A DNA stretch of 34,764 bases from Phycisphaera mikurensis NBRC 102666 (GCA_945870475.1 CAMBSR010000001.1:1-34764), one strand, 5' to 3'; shown: positions 23,069 to 33,508, numbered from the stretch's first letter. Notes: generated from the letters alone by a model not told the origin. Translations and numbers: made by a program.

Positions 23069-26000
23069 CGAGCGCCCGGCGGGCGGCGTCGACATCTGCC
23101 TTTGCCTGTTCAAGCATGGCCCGGGTCTCTTCCACGAGCTCCGGCTTGGCCTTGGCGAGGTATCCGGCGTTCCCGAGCTTGGACTCGTAACCCGCGATCA
23201 GGCGGCCCTTGTCGGCCACCAGCTTCTCGAGGCGCGCCCGCTCGGTGCCCACGTCGACGGCGTCGACGAGGTTCACGAGGAGGAGTTCCTGGCCCTCGAA
23301 GGCGAGCGGCACGGAACCGGCGGGACGGTCGGCGGGCAAGTCGGCCACCTCGCCGAGGCCGGCGAGTGCCTCGACCACGCCGCTCGCTTCCGCGACCAGC
23401 GCGCGGACGCCGGCAGGCGCCAGCAGCGTGATGCGGCGCTTCGGCGCCACCTGGCGCGAACCGCGCAGCGTGCGGATGTCATCGACCAACTGCTGCACGC
23501 GCGCGAAGGTGGCGAGCGCGGCGGCGTCCACGCCGGAGGCATCGACGGTGGGCCACGCCGAGCGAGCGCAGAGTTCGGATGCGGGAACGTGGACGCCCGT
23601 GAGGCCGCCCTTCCCCGTGGCGGCCACCGCCGGCCAGAGCTGCTCGGTGATGAACGGCATCTGCGGATGGAGGAGGCGCAGCGACGCATCGAGCACCGTG
23701 CGCAGCACCTGCTGTTGCGCGGGGTCGTTCTTCACGGTGGGCTTGATGGACTCGAGGTACCAGTCGCACACCTCGCGCCAGACGAAGTCGTAGGTTGCAT
23801 CGGCCGCGTCGTTGAAGCGGTAGTTGGCGATGGCCTTCTCGTAGGAGGCAAGCGCATGCGCCAGGCGCGCCACGATCCAGCGATCGACGAGCGGGCGCGT
23901 GCGCGGATCGACGGTCGCATCGCCCGGCACCTGCGTGAGGCTGCCGAGCGCAAAGCGCGTGGCGTTCCACACCTTGTTGGCGAAGTTGCGGCCCACGTCG
24001 AAGCGCGCGCTGGTGTTGCGCGCAAGCGGCGCGTCCTCGGTGGGCACGGCCTTGCCGGTGGCGGCGCCGTAGGCGCTGGTGATCTTCTTCGCGGGATCCT
24101 TGGGGCTGTGCTGGATGGCCTCGGCCACCGTGTAGCCGGCGGCGTCGAGCGTGGTCTTCGGCACGAACATCTCGCCGCTCCACGGGTCCACCATGTCGAC
24201 CGGCATGCGCACGTCCTGCGTGTCGGTGGTCATCTGCACCAGCGTGAAGCGCATGGCGTCGGCGCCGTGCGTGTGGATGATGTCGCGCGGATCCACGCCG
24301 TTGCCCAGCGACTTCGACATCTTCTGCCCGAAGCCGTCCTGCACCATGGCGTGGATGAAGACGTGCCTGAACGGGATGCGGCCGCCCATGAAGTGGCGGT
24401 TGAACATCACCATGCGGCTCACCCACAGCGTGATGATCTCGCGCGCGGTGGAGAGTACGGCGCTGGGGTTCCACTTCTCCAGGAGGCCCGCCATGTCGAA
24501 GCGTGCCGGGTCGGGCCAGCCGAGCGTGGAGAGCGGCCAGAGGGCCGAGCTGAACCAGGTGTCGAGCACATCCTCGTCCTGGCGGTAGCCGGCGGCCCCG
24601 AGTGCGGGGACCACGGCGGCATCGCCCTGCTCCGGCACGCAGACGTAGCGCTCGTACACGCCGTCGGTGCGGCGGCGCACGGCTTCGGCGCAGCCCTTGG
24701 CGCGCCACGGGCCGTCGCAGCGGACCAGGTCGCCCTTGGCGGCATCGACCGCGGCGCGGTCGGTGACTTCCGTTGCCGGGATCTCCGCGCTCCACACCGG
24801 GATGCGGTGGCCCCACCAGAGCTGGCGGCTGATGCACCAGTCGCGGATGTTCTCGTGCCACTGCTGGAATGTCTTCGCGTAGCGCGCGGGGAAGAAGGTG
24901 AGCTCGCCGTCGCCCGGCTGTGCGGGGCCCTTCGGCGCGGCGCCATCGCGTTGCGCGGGGTTCATGGCGCGCAGTGCGGCGCCCTTCAGCCGGTCATCGG
25001 TGACGCGGACGTACCACTGCTCGGAGAGGTACGGCTCCACCGGCACGTGGCTGCGGTAGCTGTGGCCCACGGAATGGCGGTACGGCTTGGCGGCCTCGAG
25101 CAGCCCGTTGGCCTTGAACCACTCGATGATCCTGGTGCGCGCGTCCTCGCGCGACAGGCCGACGAAGGCGCGCGCCTCCGCGGAGACGTCCTCCCAGCCG
25201 TGCTTGTCGCTGATGGAGGCGTCGGGCGCCATGATGTTGATGGCGGCCACGCCGTGGCGCAGGCCGATCTCCCAGTCGTTGGGGTCGTGCGCGGGCGTCA
25301 CCTTCAGGAAGCCGGTGGCGAACTGCGCCTTCTGGTCGGCGGGGTCGCCGCCGAATTCGACGGGCATGACCACGTAGTCGTCTTCGACGATGGGGATCAC
25401 GCGGCCCACGATCGGCAGGCGCAGCTTCTTCCCGCGCAGCGCGGCGGCGCGCGGGTCCTTGGGGTTCACGGCCACGGCGGTGTCGCCGAGCATGGTCTCG
25501 GGGCGCGTGGTGGCCACGGTGATGTGGCCCGAACCGTCCTCGAACGGGTAGCGGAGGTACCAGAAGTGGCCGTCCACCTCCTCCATCTCCACCTCGTCAT
25601 CGGCGAGCGCGGTACGCGTGGCCGGGTCCCAGTTCACGAGGCGCTTGCCGCGGTAGACGAGGCCGTCGTCGAAGAGCTTGAAGAAGGCGGTGCGCACGGC
25701 TGCGGCGCACACCGGGTCCATGGTGAAGCGAATGCGGTCGTAGTCGCAGGAGGCGCCCATCGCCTTCAGCTGGCTGAGGATGGTGGCCTCGTACTCGTCC
25801 TTCCACTCCTGGACCTTGGCGATGAACTGCGGGCGCGTGAAGTCCGCGCGACGCTTGCCCTGCTGCAGGAGGCGCCGCTCCACCACCGTCTGCGTGGCGA
25901 TGCCGGCGTGGTCCGTGCCCGGCATCCACATGGCGTTCATGCCCTTCATGCGGTAGTGGCGCGTGAGGACGTCCTGCAGCGTGTTGTTGAGCGCGTGCCC

Positions 26001-26207
26001 GAGATGGAGCGCAGCGGTCACGTTCGGCGGCGGGATGAAGATCGAGTACGGCGCACCCGCGTCGGTGGGCTCGGCGTGGAAGCAGTTGGCCGCGCGCCAA
26101 CGCTCCCATGCGAAGGCCTCGGCATCGCCCGGGGTGTAGGCTTTGGCGAGCTGGAGCGAGGCACCGCCGGTCGGTGCACTCGTATCGATGGGCTGGGCGC
26201 TGGACAT
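23055..26207 (-). CDS. valS: valine--tRNA ligase
   Basis: 1050 aa. PPPNVTAALHLGHALN (HIGH), WMPGTDHAGIATQ, KMSKSLGN (KMSKS), an editing-domain region and a C-terminal coiled coil (ERARLEKLVADKGRLIAGYESKLGN). The only start-like codon upstream of the conserved region is ATG 26207. Confidence 0.95.
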   Translation of the reverse strand: MSSAQPIDTSAPTGGASLQLAKAYTPGDAEAFAWERWRAANCFHAEPTDAGAPYSIFIPPPNVTAALHLGHALNNTLQDVLTRHYRMKGMNAMWMPGTDHAGIATQTVVERRLLQQGKRRADFTRPQFIAKVQEWKDEYEATILSQLKAMGASCDYDRIRFTMDPVCAAAVRTAFFKLFDDGLVYRGKRLVNWDPATRTALADDEVEMEEVDGHFWYLRYPFEDGSGHITVATTRPETMLGDTAVAVNPKDPRAAALRGKKLRLPIVGRVIPIVEDDYVVMPVEFGGDPADQKAQFATGFLKVTPAHDPNDWEIGLRHGVAAINIMAPDASISDKHGWEDVSAEARAFVGLSREDARTRIIEWFKANGLLEAAKPYRHSVGHSYRSHVPVEPYLSEQWYVRVTDDRLKGAALRAMNPAQRDGAAPKGPAQPGDGELTFFPARYAKTFQQWHENIRDWCISRQLWWGHRIPVWSAEIPATEVTDRAAVDAAKGDLVRCDGPWRAKGCAEAVRRRTDGVYERYVCVPEQGDAAVVPALGAAGYRQDEDVLDTWFSSALWPLSTLGWPDPARFDMAGLLEKWNPSAVLSTAREIITLWVSRMVMFNRHFMGGRIPFRHVFIHAMVQDGFGQKMSKSLGNGVDPRDIIHTHGADAMRFTLVQMTTDTQDVRMPVDMVDPWSGEMFVPKTTLDAAGYTVAEAIQHSPKDPAKKITSAYGAATGKAVPTEDAPLARNTSARFDVGRNFANKVWNATRFALGSLTQVPGDATVDPRTRPLVDRWIVARLAHALASYEKAIANYRFNDAADATYDFVWREVCDWYLESIKPTVKNDPAQQQVLRTVLDASLRLLHPQMPFITEQLWPAVAATGKGGLTGVHVPASELCARSAWPTVDASGVDAAALATFARVQQLVDDIRTLRGSRQVAPKRRITLLAPAGVRALVAEASGVVEALAGLGEVADLPADRPAGSVPLAFEGQELLLVNLVDAVDVGTERARLEKLVADKGRLIAGYESKLGNAGYLAKAKPELVEETRAMLEQAKADVDAARRALDALR

Positions 26208-27264
26208 GGAGCGACGATTCTACGAAAGAGGAAGCCTCCGCCGCGGCGCGTCATGCGTGCTGTGCGCGGTGCTTGCCGCCCTGCCCGCCGGGTGCGGCCC
26301 GTCCGAGGAGCCCCCGGCGAAGGCCGTGGCACCCGACTCCAAGCAGATCGACGCCGCCATGCGCGCCATCGAGGCCTACATGGCCGCGGACAAGCCGAGC
26401 GAGGCGGTGTTCGTGGCGGAGAAGCTGGCCGCGGACGCCTCCGGGCTGATGCGCGCGCACGAGATCCATGGGCGTGCGCTCGTTGCCCTTGCCATGCAGC
26501 CGGACCTGCCGACCGAGGACCGTGCGGCGGTCTTTGCGCGCGCCGCGGATGCCTACATGCGCGCGGCGGCGCTCGCGCCCACGAACGGCCCGCTGCAGCA
26601 CGCCACCGGCGTGGTCTGTGACACGGCCGGCCGTCACGCCGATGCGGTGCGCGCCTACGAGGCGGCCCACGCGGACGAACCCGGCAATGCGCAGTTTGCG
26701 CTCTACCTCGGCATGGCGCGGGCCCGCGATGGCCGCATGGACGACGCGCGCGCGCTCATCGAGGATGCCGAGCGAGCGATGCCCGAATCTTCCGACCCGA
26801 AGGCCGCGCTTGCGGACTTGGCGATGCGGAGCGGCGACACCGTGCGCGCCCGCGCGAAGATCGCCGAGGCACGCGCCCTTTCGCCCACGTCGAACGAACT
26901 GCGCGTGGCCGATGCGCGCATGCGGCGCATGTCCGGCGCGCCGGGCGAATCGCTTGAACTGCTGTTGGCCCTCGATGCGCCGCTCCGGCGCGAGTCGGCG
27001 TGCGCGGAAGAGATCGCCGCCGCCTACACCGCGCTCGGGAAGCTGCGCGAGGCCGCGGCCACCTTGGACGAATCCGCGTCCGCACGGCCCAACGACTGGA
27101 AGCGCGCGCTGCGTGCCGCCGCCGCGTGGACGCGCGCCGGTGATCCGGTGAAGGCGACGATTGCGGCAGAAGCAGCGGGCCTCGCGGGCGCCCCGCCAAG
27201 CGAAATGCGCGAGGCACTCAGCGGAGCCAGCGGCCCCCGTCCAGGCGGAACACCGACCCCGTGA
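26206..27264 (+). CDS. TPR-repeat lipoprotein (hypothetical)
   Basis: MERRFYERGSLRRGASCVLCAVLAALPAGC: a basic n-region, a hydrophobic core and the lipobox LPAGC. Multiple TPR-like helical pairs follow (AEKLAADASG…HEIHGRALVALA…ADAYMRAAALAP…AVRAYEAAH…). ATG 26206 shares two bases with the valS ATG on the other strand (CATG). Confidence 0.75.
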   Translation: MERRFYERGSLRRGASCVLCAVLAALPAGCGPSEEPPAKAVAPDSKQIDAAMRAIEAYMAADKPSEAVFVAEKLAADASGLMRAHEIHGRALVALAMQPDLPTEDRAAVFARAADAYMRAAALAPTNGPLQHATGVVCDTAGRHADAVRAYEAAHADEPGNAQFALYLGMARARDGRMDDARALIEDAERAMPESSDPKAALADLAMRSGDTVRARAKIAEARALSPTSNELRVADARMRRMSGAPGESLELLLALDAPLRRESACAEEIAAAYTALGKLREAAATLDESASARPNDWKRALRAAAAWTRAGDPVKATIAAEAAGLAGAPPSEMREALSGASGPRPGGTPTP

Positions 27265-27967
27265 CGTAGGGCATGTCCTCGGTGATGGACCGCACCATGC
27301 GTGCAGCGTCCTCGGGGGTGCCGGGCCGCGCGAGCGGGATGCGTGATTCATACGCCGTGCGTTCTTCTGCGGGCGCATCGTCGGGCCACGCCACCACGCC
27401 AGGGGCCACCGCGTTTACGCGGACGGCGGGGCCGAGTTCGAGCGCCAACGACTCGACCATGCAGTGGACGGCCGCCTTCGACATCAGGTACGGGGCAAAC
27501 GCGCGCCGCGGGCGGCCCATGGCGTGGATGTCGCCGAATGCCACCACCGAGCCGCCGCCTACTAGCGCGGAACGGGCGAGCGCGGGCGCCATCGACTGCA
27601 CCAGGAGGAGCGGGGCCAACGCGTTGATGCGCATCTCCGATTCCGCGGTGGCCGCGGTGATCCCTCCGAACGGCGTGCGCGAGTAGGCCGCGGCGCTCAG
27701 GACGAGGGCATCAACGGCGGCGCCGGCATGGGCATGCCCGAATCGCTCGACGGCCGCCAGGTCGGAGAGTTCCAGACGCTCCACCGAGATGGATGCCGGG
27801 CGGCCTGCGTCGGTGCTGATCCGACGCGCCTCGGCGGCGGTCTCGCGGGCCTCGGCCTCGCGCGATCGGTAGGTGAGCACCAGGTCCCAGCCCGCCTGCG
27901 CAAACTCGAGCGCGACGGCGCGGCCGACGCGCCGGGCAGCTCCGATGACGATGGCAAGCCGGGCCAT
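27218..27967 (-). CDS. SDR-family oxidoreductase (pteridine-reductase/FolM-like)
   Basis: MARLAIVIGAARRVGRAVALEFAQAGWDLVLTYRS (Rossmann GxxxxxG), YLMSKAA (YxxxK), NAVAPGVV. 249 aa from ATG 27967. The 3' end overlaps the convergent TPR gene by 47 nt. Confidence 0.85.
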   Translation of the reverse strand: MARLAIVIGAARRVGRAVALEFAQAGWDLVLTYRSREAEARETAAEARRISTDAGRPASISVERLELSDLAAVERFGHAHAGAAVDALVLSAAAYSRTPFGGITAATAESEMRINALAPLLLVQSMAPALARSALVGGGSVVAFGDIHAMGRPRRAFAPYLMSKAAVHCMVESLALELGPAVRVNAVAPGVVAWPDDAPAEERTAYESRIPLARPGTPEDAARMVRSITEDMPYVTGSVFRLDGGRWLR

Positions 27968-28022
27968 GGGCCGGAGTGTACGACCCAAGTGACGACCATC
28001 CCGCGCGTACCATCCGTGGCCC

Positions 28023-31000
28023 GTGAGCGAAGGACCGGATCAACCCGAAACGCCGCAGCCCGAAGGCGAACCGCGGGTGCCCAACATGCACCTCGAGCGG
28101 CTCGAGGCCATGGCGCGGCGCGCTCCCCACGAATTCGCGCAGCGCGCCGACGCGGCGATCGCGCGCCACGTGCCGGCCCTCGCGCCCTCGCGGCTTCGCA
28201 AGCGGATCCGTCGGCGCACGGTGGCGGTCTTGGTCATGCTGGGGCTGATGGCGGTGATGGCCTCGGCGTGGGCAGTGCTCCGCGAGACCACCATCCTGCG
28301 CGAGGCGATGGAGTCGCAGCTCTCCGAGCGCTTCGGCGGCGTGGTGCGGATCAAGAAGGTGAAGTGGGACGGCTGGAACCGCATCACCGCCACCGACATG
28401 GACCTGCGCGCCCGCGGCTGGGAAGGCGACGCAGCCACCGTGGCCTCCATGGACCGCGCGGAGGTGGTGTTCTCGCCGCTGATGATCATGCTGGGGCGCA
28501 TCGAGCTCGTCGACATGGAGGTGGAGGGGCTTGCGCTCCACCTGGTGGAGCGCGCCGACAGGCCGGGCGACTTCAACTTCCTGGCGCTCAAGCCGAAGTC
28601 AGGCGGAGGCACGTCCGTGCGCCAGCCGCAGAAGGCGCTGCTGCGCGACCTGCGTCTTGAGTTCGGGACGTCCAGCGGCGGCACCGTGACGACGATCGCG
28701 TCGCAGCAGTTTGCCGCCGACTTCGACCACCTGCCGGACGATCCGTCCACGTACTCGTTCCGCCTCGAGCAGCGAGAGCAGGACGGCAAGCCGATCACCG
28801 AGAACGCCATCCGCCTCTTCGGCACATGGAACGAGCGCGATTTCACCTATGCGGCCACGCTCGACGGGCTGGAGATCGACGAACGGCTCCTGCGCACGCT
28901 CCCGGCCAAGGCGCGGCGGTGGGCGCTCCGCTCGGGCCTGGCCGGACGCATCGAGCGCGCGCGGATCGAGGGCAGCCCGTCGCAGCCGCTGCGCTCCGCG
29001 GACATCGCCGTGCGTGACGTGACCCTGCGGGAGCGCGATGCGGTGCGCGAACTCGCGTGGGCGCGCATGGAGGACGGGAAGACCACGCCCATCAGCGGCG
29101 AGCTGGGTGTCTTCATGGGCGAGGCAAACGTCACGCTGCGCGGCAACGACGTCCGCGTGGATGCCAAGCGCGCCACGCTGATGCCCGGACCGGTCGGCTC
29201 GGGCACGGTGGCGGTGCCGTTGGAACTCTCGGGCCACTGCGACCTTGGTTCGATCGGCGGCATCGAGGGCGCGCTCGATGCAGACGACGCGTGGCTCGAG
29301 CGCTCGCTGGCGATCGCGTCGTTCGAACTGGACCTGCGCATCCCGCAGGTGGACGCGCGTCCGGCGGAGGACGGCACGCCGCGGCGAGTGGAGCTCCCCG
29401 TGCAGGTCACCGATGCGCTGACGGTGCTCGGCGCGCGCGACTGGGCCGCGAACATCACGCTGCGGATCGCGCGGCCCGCAGGGAAGGCGCAAGCGGATGG
29501 CGAAGCGACGTCCGCCCCGATCGTCGTGACCGGCAGCCTCGAGCTCCTTGCCGGCACGATCGAGAGCCCCGAGTTCCCCTACCCCGTCACCGGGGTCAGC
29601 GGCACGGTGGAGCTGACGCAGGACAGGATCGCCCTGCGCGGCCTCAAGGGCAACGGCAACAGCGGATGCATCTTCCGCATCGACGGCGAATCGGAGATCG
29701 AAGGCAAGGACCCCGCGTACTCGCTGCGCCTTGTCGGGACCGACGTGCTGCTTGACCGAAGCCTCGTGTCCGCGTTCGGGGCCGGTCCGTCCCGCATCTT
29801 CGGTGCGCTCCTCGATGAGCAAGGCTGGCGATCCCTCCGGCAGGCCGGCATCCTGGAGGAAGAGACCCGGCCCGGAGGGGTCGTCGATGTCGACTTCTCC
29901 GTGAAGCATGCGCGTGATGGCGGCGACCACGTCGCGGTGGGAGGCACGATCGGGCTGCGCGGCGTGCAGGTGGTGCTCAACGCGTTCCCGTATCCGTTGC
30001 TCGCGGTGGGCACGCTGGAGGTACGGGACGACCGCGTCAACCTGCTGGGCAATGGCATCGCGGTGCAGACGATCCACGGCAGCAAGGGGTGGATCCGCGG
30101 GCACCTGGAACTGCCACGGATCGGCGATCGCGTGCTGGTGCGCAGTTACCTGGATTTCCAGGTGAATGACGAGATCGTCTCGCGCGCGCTGCTTGCCGCC
30201 ATCCCGGTGAGCTTCGAGGATCGCTCGAAGCGTCCCGCCGGCTGGCCGGGCGCGGTGTTCAGCCCCATCAGCAACGTCCTCACCGAGCTCGGCCTCGGCG
30301 GAAGGCTCTCGGCCACCGGCACCGTGATCACCCGGCCCGACGAGAGCGATGCGGTGACGGTGCGCGTCCAGATCGAGGACGGCGTGATCCGCCCCACCGA
30401 GGACCTGGCAACCGCGCTGCGAAAGAATGGCCTGAGCTGGCCCGGTCGCATGACACTCGATGACGTGCGCAGCCTGATCGTCGCCGATGCCGGCCGCGTG
30501 GACGTGCGCGATGCCTCCGCGACCCACGGCACCGGCATCGTCACCGCCAACGGCGGCTTCGATCTCGAGGGCGACAACGGCACGCTCGAGGTGATCCTGC
30601 GGAACTTCCCGTTCGACCGCGAGCTGGTCCGCGTGGCGGACGGCGACTCGGTGGATCGCGCGCTGGCCGCGTGGGACGCCATTGCGCCGAGCGGTACCTT
30701 CGACGGCGAGGTCACGTGGAACCGCGACGAGGGCGGTCGAGACACGTACGCACACGTTCACCCGACCGCAATGACGTTGGCGGGCGCGGTGAAGCTCGAT
30801 CCCATCTGCGGCGACCTGTACTACCGCAACGGGGAACTGCGACTGGACTCGGTGGACCTGCGCGGGCCGGACACGGACGAGACCCCGCTGCGCATCGAGG
30901 CAGGCGGCGTCATCATCGGCGCGCATCCCGATTTCCGCGCGCAGGTGAGCGCCCTGTCCCTCGGCAACCCGCTGATGCGCTGCGGGCTGGAAGCGTCCGG

Positions 31001-32372
31001 GGCCACGGCCGCGCTGGAGATCCTCCGCGACTGGCGCCTGCAAGGCGCGATCGACGCGCAGGTGGAGCTTCCCGGCACGCGGACCGGCGGTTCGTGGGAG
31101 GTGGTCGTTGAACCATCGTGGATCCGCGGCGAGCGCGAGGAGCGGCCGTTCGAGGTCCGCCGTCGCGCGGGTGCCCTGCTGGCGGGCCCGCAGGGGCTGA
31201 AGGTGGATGCCCTGGACCTCACGTTCGACCAGGGGCACCTGTCGATCGACGGCGAGCTGGGGCCCACGGAATCGAGCGTCCTGGTCGGGCAGCTCACCAT
31301 CCGCGCGTCCGCGACGAATGACTCCGAATCGCTGCAGGCGCTCATGCCGGGCAACGCGCGTCGCTCGCTGGAGGCCATCGAGTTCAGCGCCGGCTCCGCG
31401 GTGTGGACGGACTCGATGCGGCTCCTCATCGACGTGCCGCGCGACGGAAGCAACCGGGTGTCCGTGATCGGCGACCTGGGCATCGCGAACGCGCGGTTCA
31501 AGGGCGGCGTCACCTTCGACCAGATCGACGGGCTGCTGCGCTTCGACATCACCACGGTGGGCGGCGAGCCGGCCGGGAGCATCGGCCTGCAGTTCGACCA
31601 GGTGAACGCGCTCGGACGGCGCGCCACCGACATCGGCGGCGACCTGCTCTTCGAGTCGGACACCGGGCGCGTGCGGCTCGAGGACCTCTCGGCGGGCATG
31701 TACGGCGGGCGCATCGCGGCGCGCGGGATGTTCGACCGCACCGATGGCTGGGACGTGCACCTGGCGTGCGCGAACATCGGCTTCGGGCGATTCGTCGCCG
31801 CGGGCCAGGCGCCGAGCGCTGACGCCAAGCAGCCGGTGGCCGGCAACGACGGGCGATTGCGCGGACGCATCGACGTGGCGGGGCATGCCGGCGATCCGCT
31901 CTCGCGGCGCGGCTCCGGCAAGATGGCGGTGACCGATGCCCGGATGATGGAGTTCCCGCTCGGCATGAGCTTCCTGCAGCTGACGCAGCTGATGCTGCCG
32001 CTCAATGCGTCCATGGAAGACGCCTTCGTCGACTTCGAGCTGGGGAACAACCGCATCACGCTCCGGCAGGTCGACCTCTCCTCCGGCACGCTGAAGCTCG
32101 AGGGAACGGGCGAGATCAACACCGACACCCAGGCGCTGGCGCTGCGATTCAGGAACCGCGGCAAGCTGCCGATCCTGAGCGACCTCTACGGGGTGGTGAC
32201 CGACCAGTTCTTCGCCATCGACGTCGGAGGTACGCTGAGCGACCCGCAGCCGCGGCTGACGCCGATTCCAGTGTTTGCGCCGGCGCCGGTGGCACCCGCG
32301 ATCGGGACGACGACGCCCCCGGCAACCCCGGAAGGCACGGACACAGGCAAGGACCGCACGGAAACACGATGA
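28023..32372 (+). CDS. giant inner-membrane-anchored AsmA/TamB-like protein (putative intermembrane lipid-transfer protein)
   Basis: 1449-aa ORF with consistent G/C third-position bias. It has a single N-terminal TM anchor (RRRTVAVLVMLGLMAVMASAWAV), then >1300 aa of beta-rich G/D/V/R sequence without further TM segments. The N-terminal region (VVRIKKVKWDGWNRITATDMDL, IELVDMEVEGLALHL) and C-terminal region (GSGKMAVTDARMMEFPLGMSFLQL…ITLRQVDLSSGTLKLEGTGEIN) resemble AsmA-family ends. The family call is by eye. Start is GTG 28023 or ATG 28086. Confidence 0.6.
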   Translation: MSEGPDQPETPQPEGEPRVPNMHLERLEAMARRAPHEFAQRADAAIARHVPALAPSRLRKRIRRRTVAVLVMLGLMAVMASAWAVLRETTILREAMESQLSERFGGVVRIKKVKWDGWNRITATDMDLRARGWEGDAATVASMDRAEVVFSPLMIMLGRIELVDMEVEGLALHLVERADRPGDFNFLALKPKSGGGTSVRQPQKALLRDLRLEFGTSSGGTVTTIASQQFAADFDHLPDDPSTYSFRLEQREQDGKPITENAIRLFGTWNERDFTYAATLDGLEIDERLLRTLPAKARRWALRSGLAGRIERARIEGSPSQPLRSADIAVRDVTLRERDAVRELAWARMEDGKTTPISGELGVFMGEANVTLRGNDVRVDAKRATLMPGPVGSGTVAVPLELSGHCDLGSIGGIEGALDADDAWLERSLAIASFELDLRIPQVDARPAEDGTPRRVELPVQVTDALTVLGARDWAANITLRIARPAGKAQADGEATSAPIVVTGSLELLAGTIESPEFPYPVTGVSGTVELTQDRIALRGLKGNGNSGCIFRIDGESEIEGKDPAYSLRLVGTDVLLDRSLVSAFGAGPSRIFGALLDEQGWRSLRQAGILEEETRPGGVVDVDFSVKHARDGGDHVAVGGTIGLRGVQVVLNAFPYPLLAVGTLEVRDDRVNLLGNGIAVQTIHGSKGWIRGHLELPRIGDRVLVRSYLDFQVNDEIVSRALLAAIPVSFEDRSKRPAGWPGAVFSPISNVLTELGLGGRLSATGTVITRPDESDAVTVRVQIEDGVIRPTEDLATALRKNGLSWPGRMTLDDVRSLIVADAGRVDVRDASATHGTGIVTANGGFDLEGDNGTLEVILRNFPFDRELVRVADGDSVDRALAAWDAIAPSGTFDGEVTWNRDEGGRDTYAHVHPTAMTLAGAVKLDPICGDLYYRNGELRLDSVDLRGPDTDETPLRIEAGGVIIGAHPDFRAQVSALSLGNPLMRCGLEASGATAALEILRDWRLQGAIDAQVELPGTRTGGSWEVVVEPSWIRGEREERPFEVRRRAGALLAGPQGLKVDALDLTFDQGHLSIDGELGPTESSVLVGQLTIRASATNDSESLQALMPGNARRSLEAIEFSAGSAVWTDSMRLLIDVPRDGSNRVSVIGDLGIANARFKGGVTFDQIDGLLRFDITTVGGEPAGSIGLQFDQVNALGRRATDIGGDLLFESDTGRVRLEDLSAGMYGGRIAARGMFDRTDGWDVHLACANIGFGRFVAAGQAPSADAKQPVAGNDGRLRGRIDVAGHAGDPLSRRGSGKMAVTDARMMEFPLGMSFLQLTQLMLPLNASMEDAFVDFELGNNRITLRQVDLSSGTLKLEGTGEINTDTQALALRFRNRGKLPILSDLYGVVTDQFFAIDVGGTLSDPQPRLTPIPVFAPAPVAPAIGTTTPPATPEGTDTGKDRTETR

Positions 32373-33508
32373 CGAACCACCCGAAGCACGGCGAAGACGC
32401 ACACGGCGATGACGACGAACCGGGAACGAAGCCCTTCGGGCCGGAGGTGGCTGCGCTGATCGACCGCCTGGTGGGCGCGGCAGGCGAGGAGATCCGCCAG
32501 GCCGGTGGCACCCACCGCCACGCGTCGGGACGCCGCAACAGCCTGGTGGAGGACATGGTGCGCACGTCGCTGCGCCTGCTTGGCGACGGTACCGACCTCG
32601 GCCAGGCCAAGATCATGGAACGCGCCATGCGCGAGATGCGCAACGCCTACAAGGTGTTCAACGGCTGGAAGGGCGTGCGGAAGATCTCGATCTTCGGCAG
32701 CGCGCGCACGCCGGAGGACCACCCCGACTACGCGGCAGCGCGCGAGTTCGGCCGCCTGATGGCCGCCGAGAGCTGGATGGCGATCACCGGCGCCGGCATG
32801 GGCATCATGAAGGCCGGCCACGAGGGCCCGACGCGTCAGTCGAGCTTCGGCCTGTCGATCCGCCTGCCCTTCGAGACCAACGCCAACGACATCATCAAGG
32901 GCGATGCCAAGCTCATCGACTTCAAGTACTTCTTCACGCGCAAGCTGATGTTCCTGGCGCACTCGGATGCGGTGGCCTGCTTCCCGGGCGGCTTCGGCAC
33001 CATGGACGAGATCTTCGAGACCCTCACGCTGATCCAGACCGGCAAGAGCCACCCGATGCCGGTGGTGCTGGTGGAGGGCGCGGGTCCCGACGGGCATCCG
33101 AAGGGCTTCTGGAAGCGCTGGGAAACCGGCGTGGTCCACAACCTGGTGGAAGCCGGGTGGATCTCGCCCGAGGACACGTCGCTCTACGAGATCGCCTCGA
33201 GCCCGGCTGACGCCGTGGACCGCGTGCTGCGCTTCTACCGCCGCTACCACAGCTCGCGCTACATCGGCGACACCTACGTGGTGCGCGTGAAGCGCGCGCT
33301 TTCGGCGCGCCAGGTGGAGCAGCTCAACGACGAGTTCTCGCACCTGGTGAAGAGCGGCTCCGTGGACCAGCACCTGCAGCCCCTCGAGGGAGAGGACGAC
33401 CATGTCCACCTGCCACGCGTGGCGTTCCACCACACCAAGCGCGGCTTCGGACACATCCGCCGGTTCATCGACCGCATGAACGAGATGCCGGACGAGGCCA
33501 CGGCGTGA
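32369..33508 (+). CDS. LOG-family (TIGR00730 / PpnN-like) nucleotide 5'-monophosphate nucleosidase-type protein with N- and C-terminal extensions
   Basis: ISIFGSART, AITGAGMGIMKAGHEG, and CFPGGFGTMDEIFE (the PGGxGTxxE LOG signature). 379 aa, longer than minimal LOG proteins. The ATG overlaps the upstream TGA (ATGA). Confidence 0.75.
   Translation: MTNHPKHGEDAHGDDDEPGTKPFGPEVAALIDRLVGAAGEEIRQAGGTHRHASGRRNSLVEDMVRTSLRLLGDGTDLGQAKIMERAMREMRNAYKVFNGWKGVRKISIFGSARTPEDHPDYAAAREFGRLMAAESWMAITGAGMGIMKAGHEGPTRQSSFGLSIRLPFETNANDIIKGDAKLIDFKYFFTRKLMFLAHSDAVACFPGGFGTMDEIFETLTLIQTGKSHPMPVVLVEGAGPDGHPKGFWKRWETGVVHNLVEAGWISPEDTSLYEIASSPADAVDRVLRFYRRYHSSRYIGDTYVVRVKRALSARQVEQLNDEFSHLVKSGSVDQHLQPLEGEDDHVHLPRVAFHHTKRGFGHIRRFIDRMNEMPDEATA

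Noticed and set aside
23589-26621. 1010-aa plus-strand ORF
   Set aside because: It is antisense to valS (HIGH and KMSKS motifs present on the minus strand). High-GC antisense artefact.
28599-32402. 1267-aa minus-strand ORF
   Set aside because: It is antisense to the 1449-aa AsmA-like gene. The plus-strand frame has a TM anchor, sensible composition and stop/start coupling to the next gene. The minus frame is Arg/Ala/His-rich.
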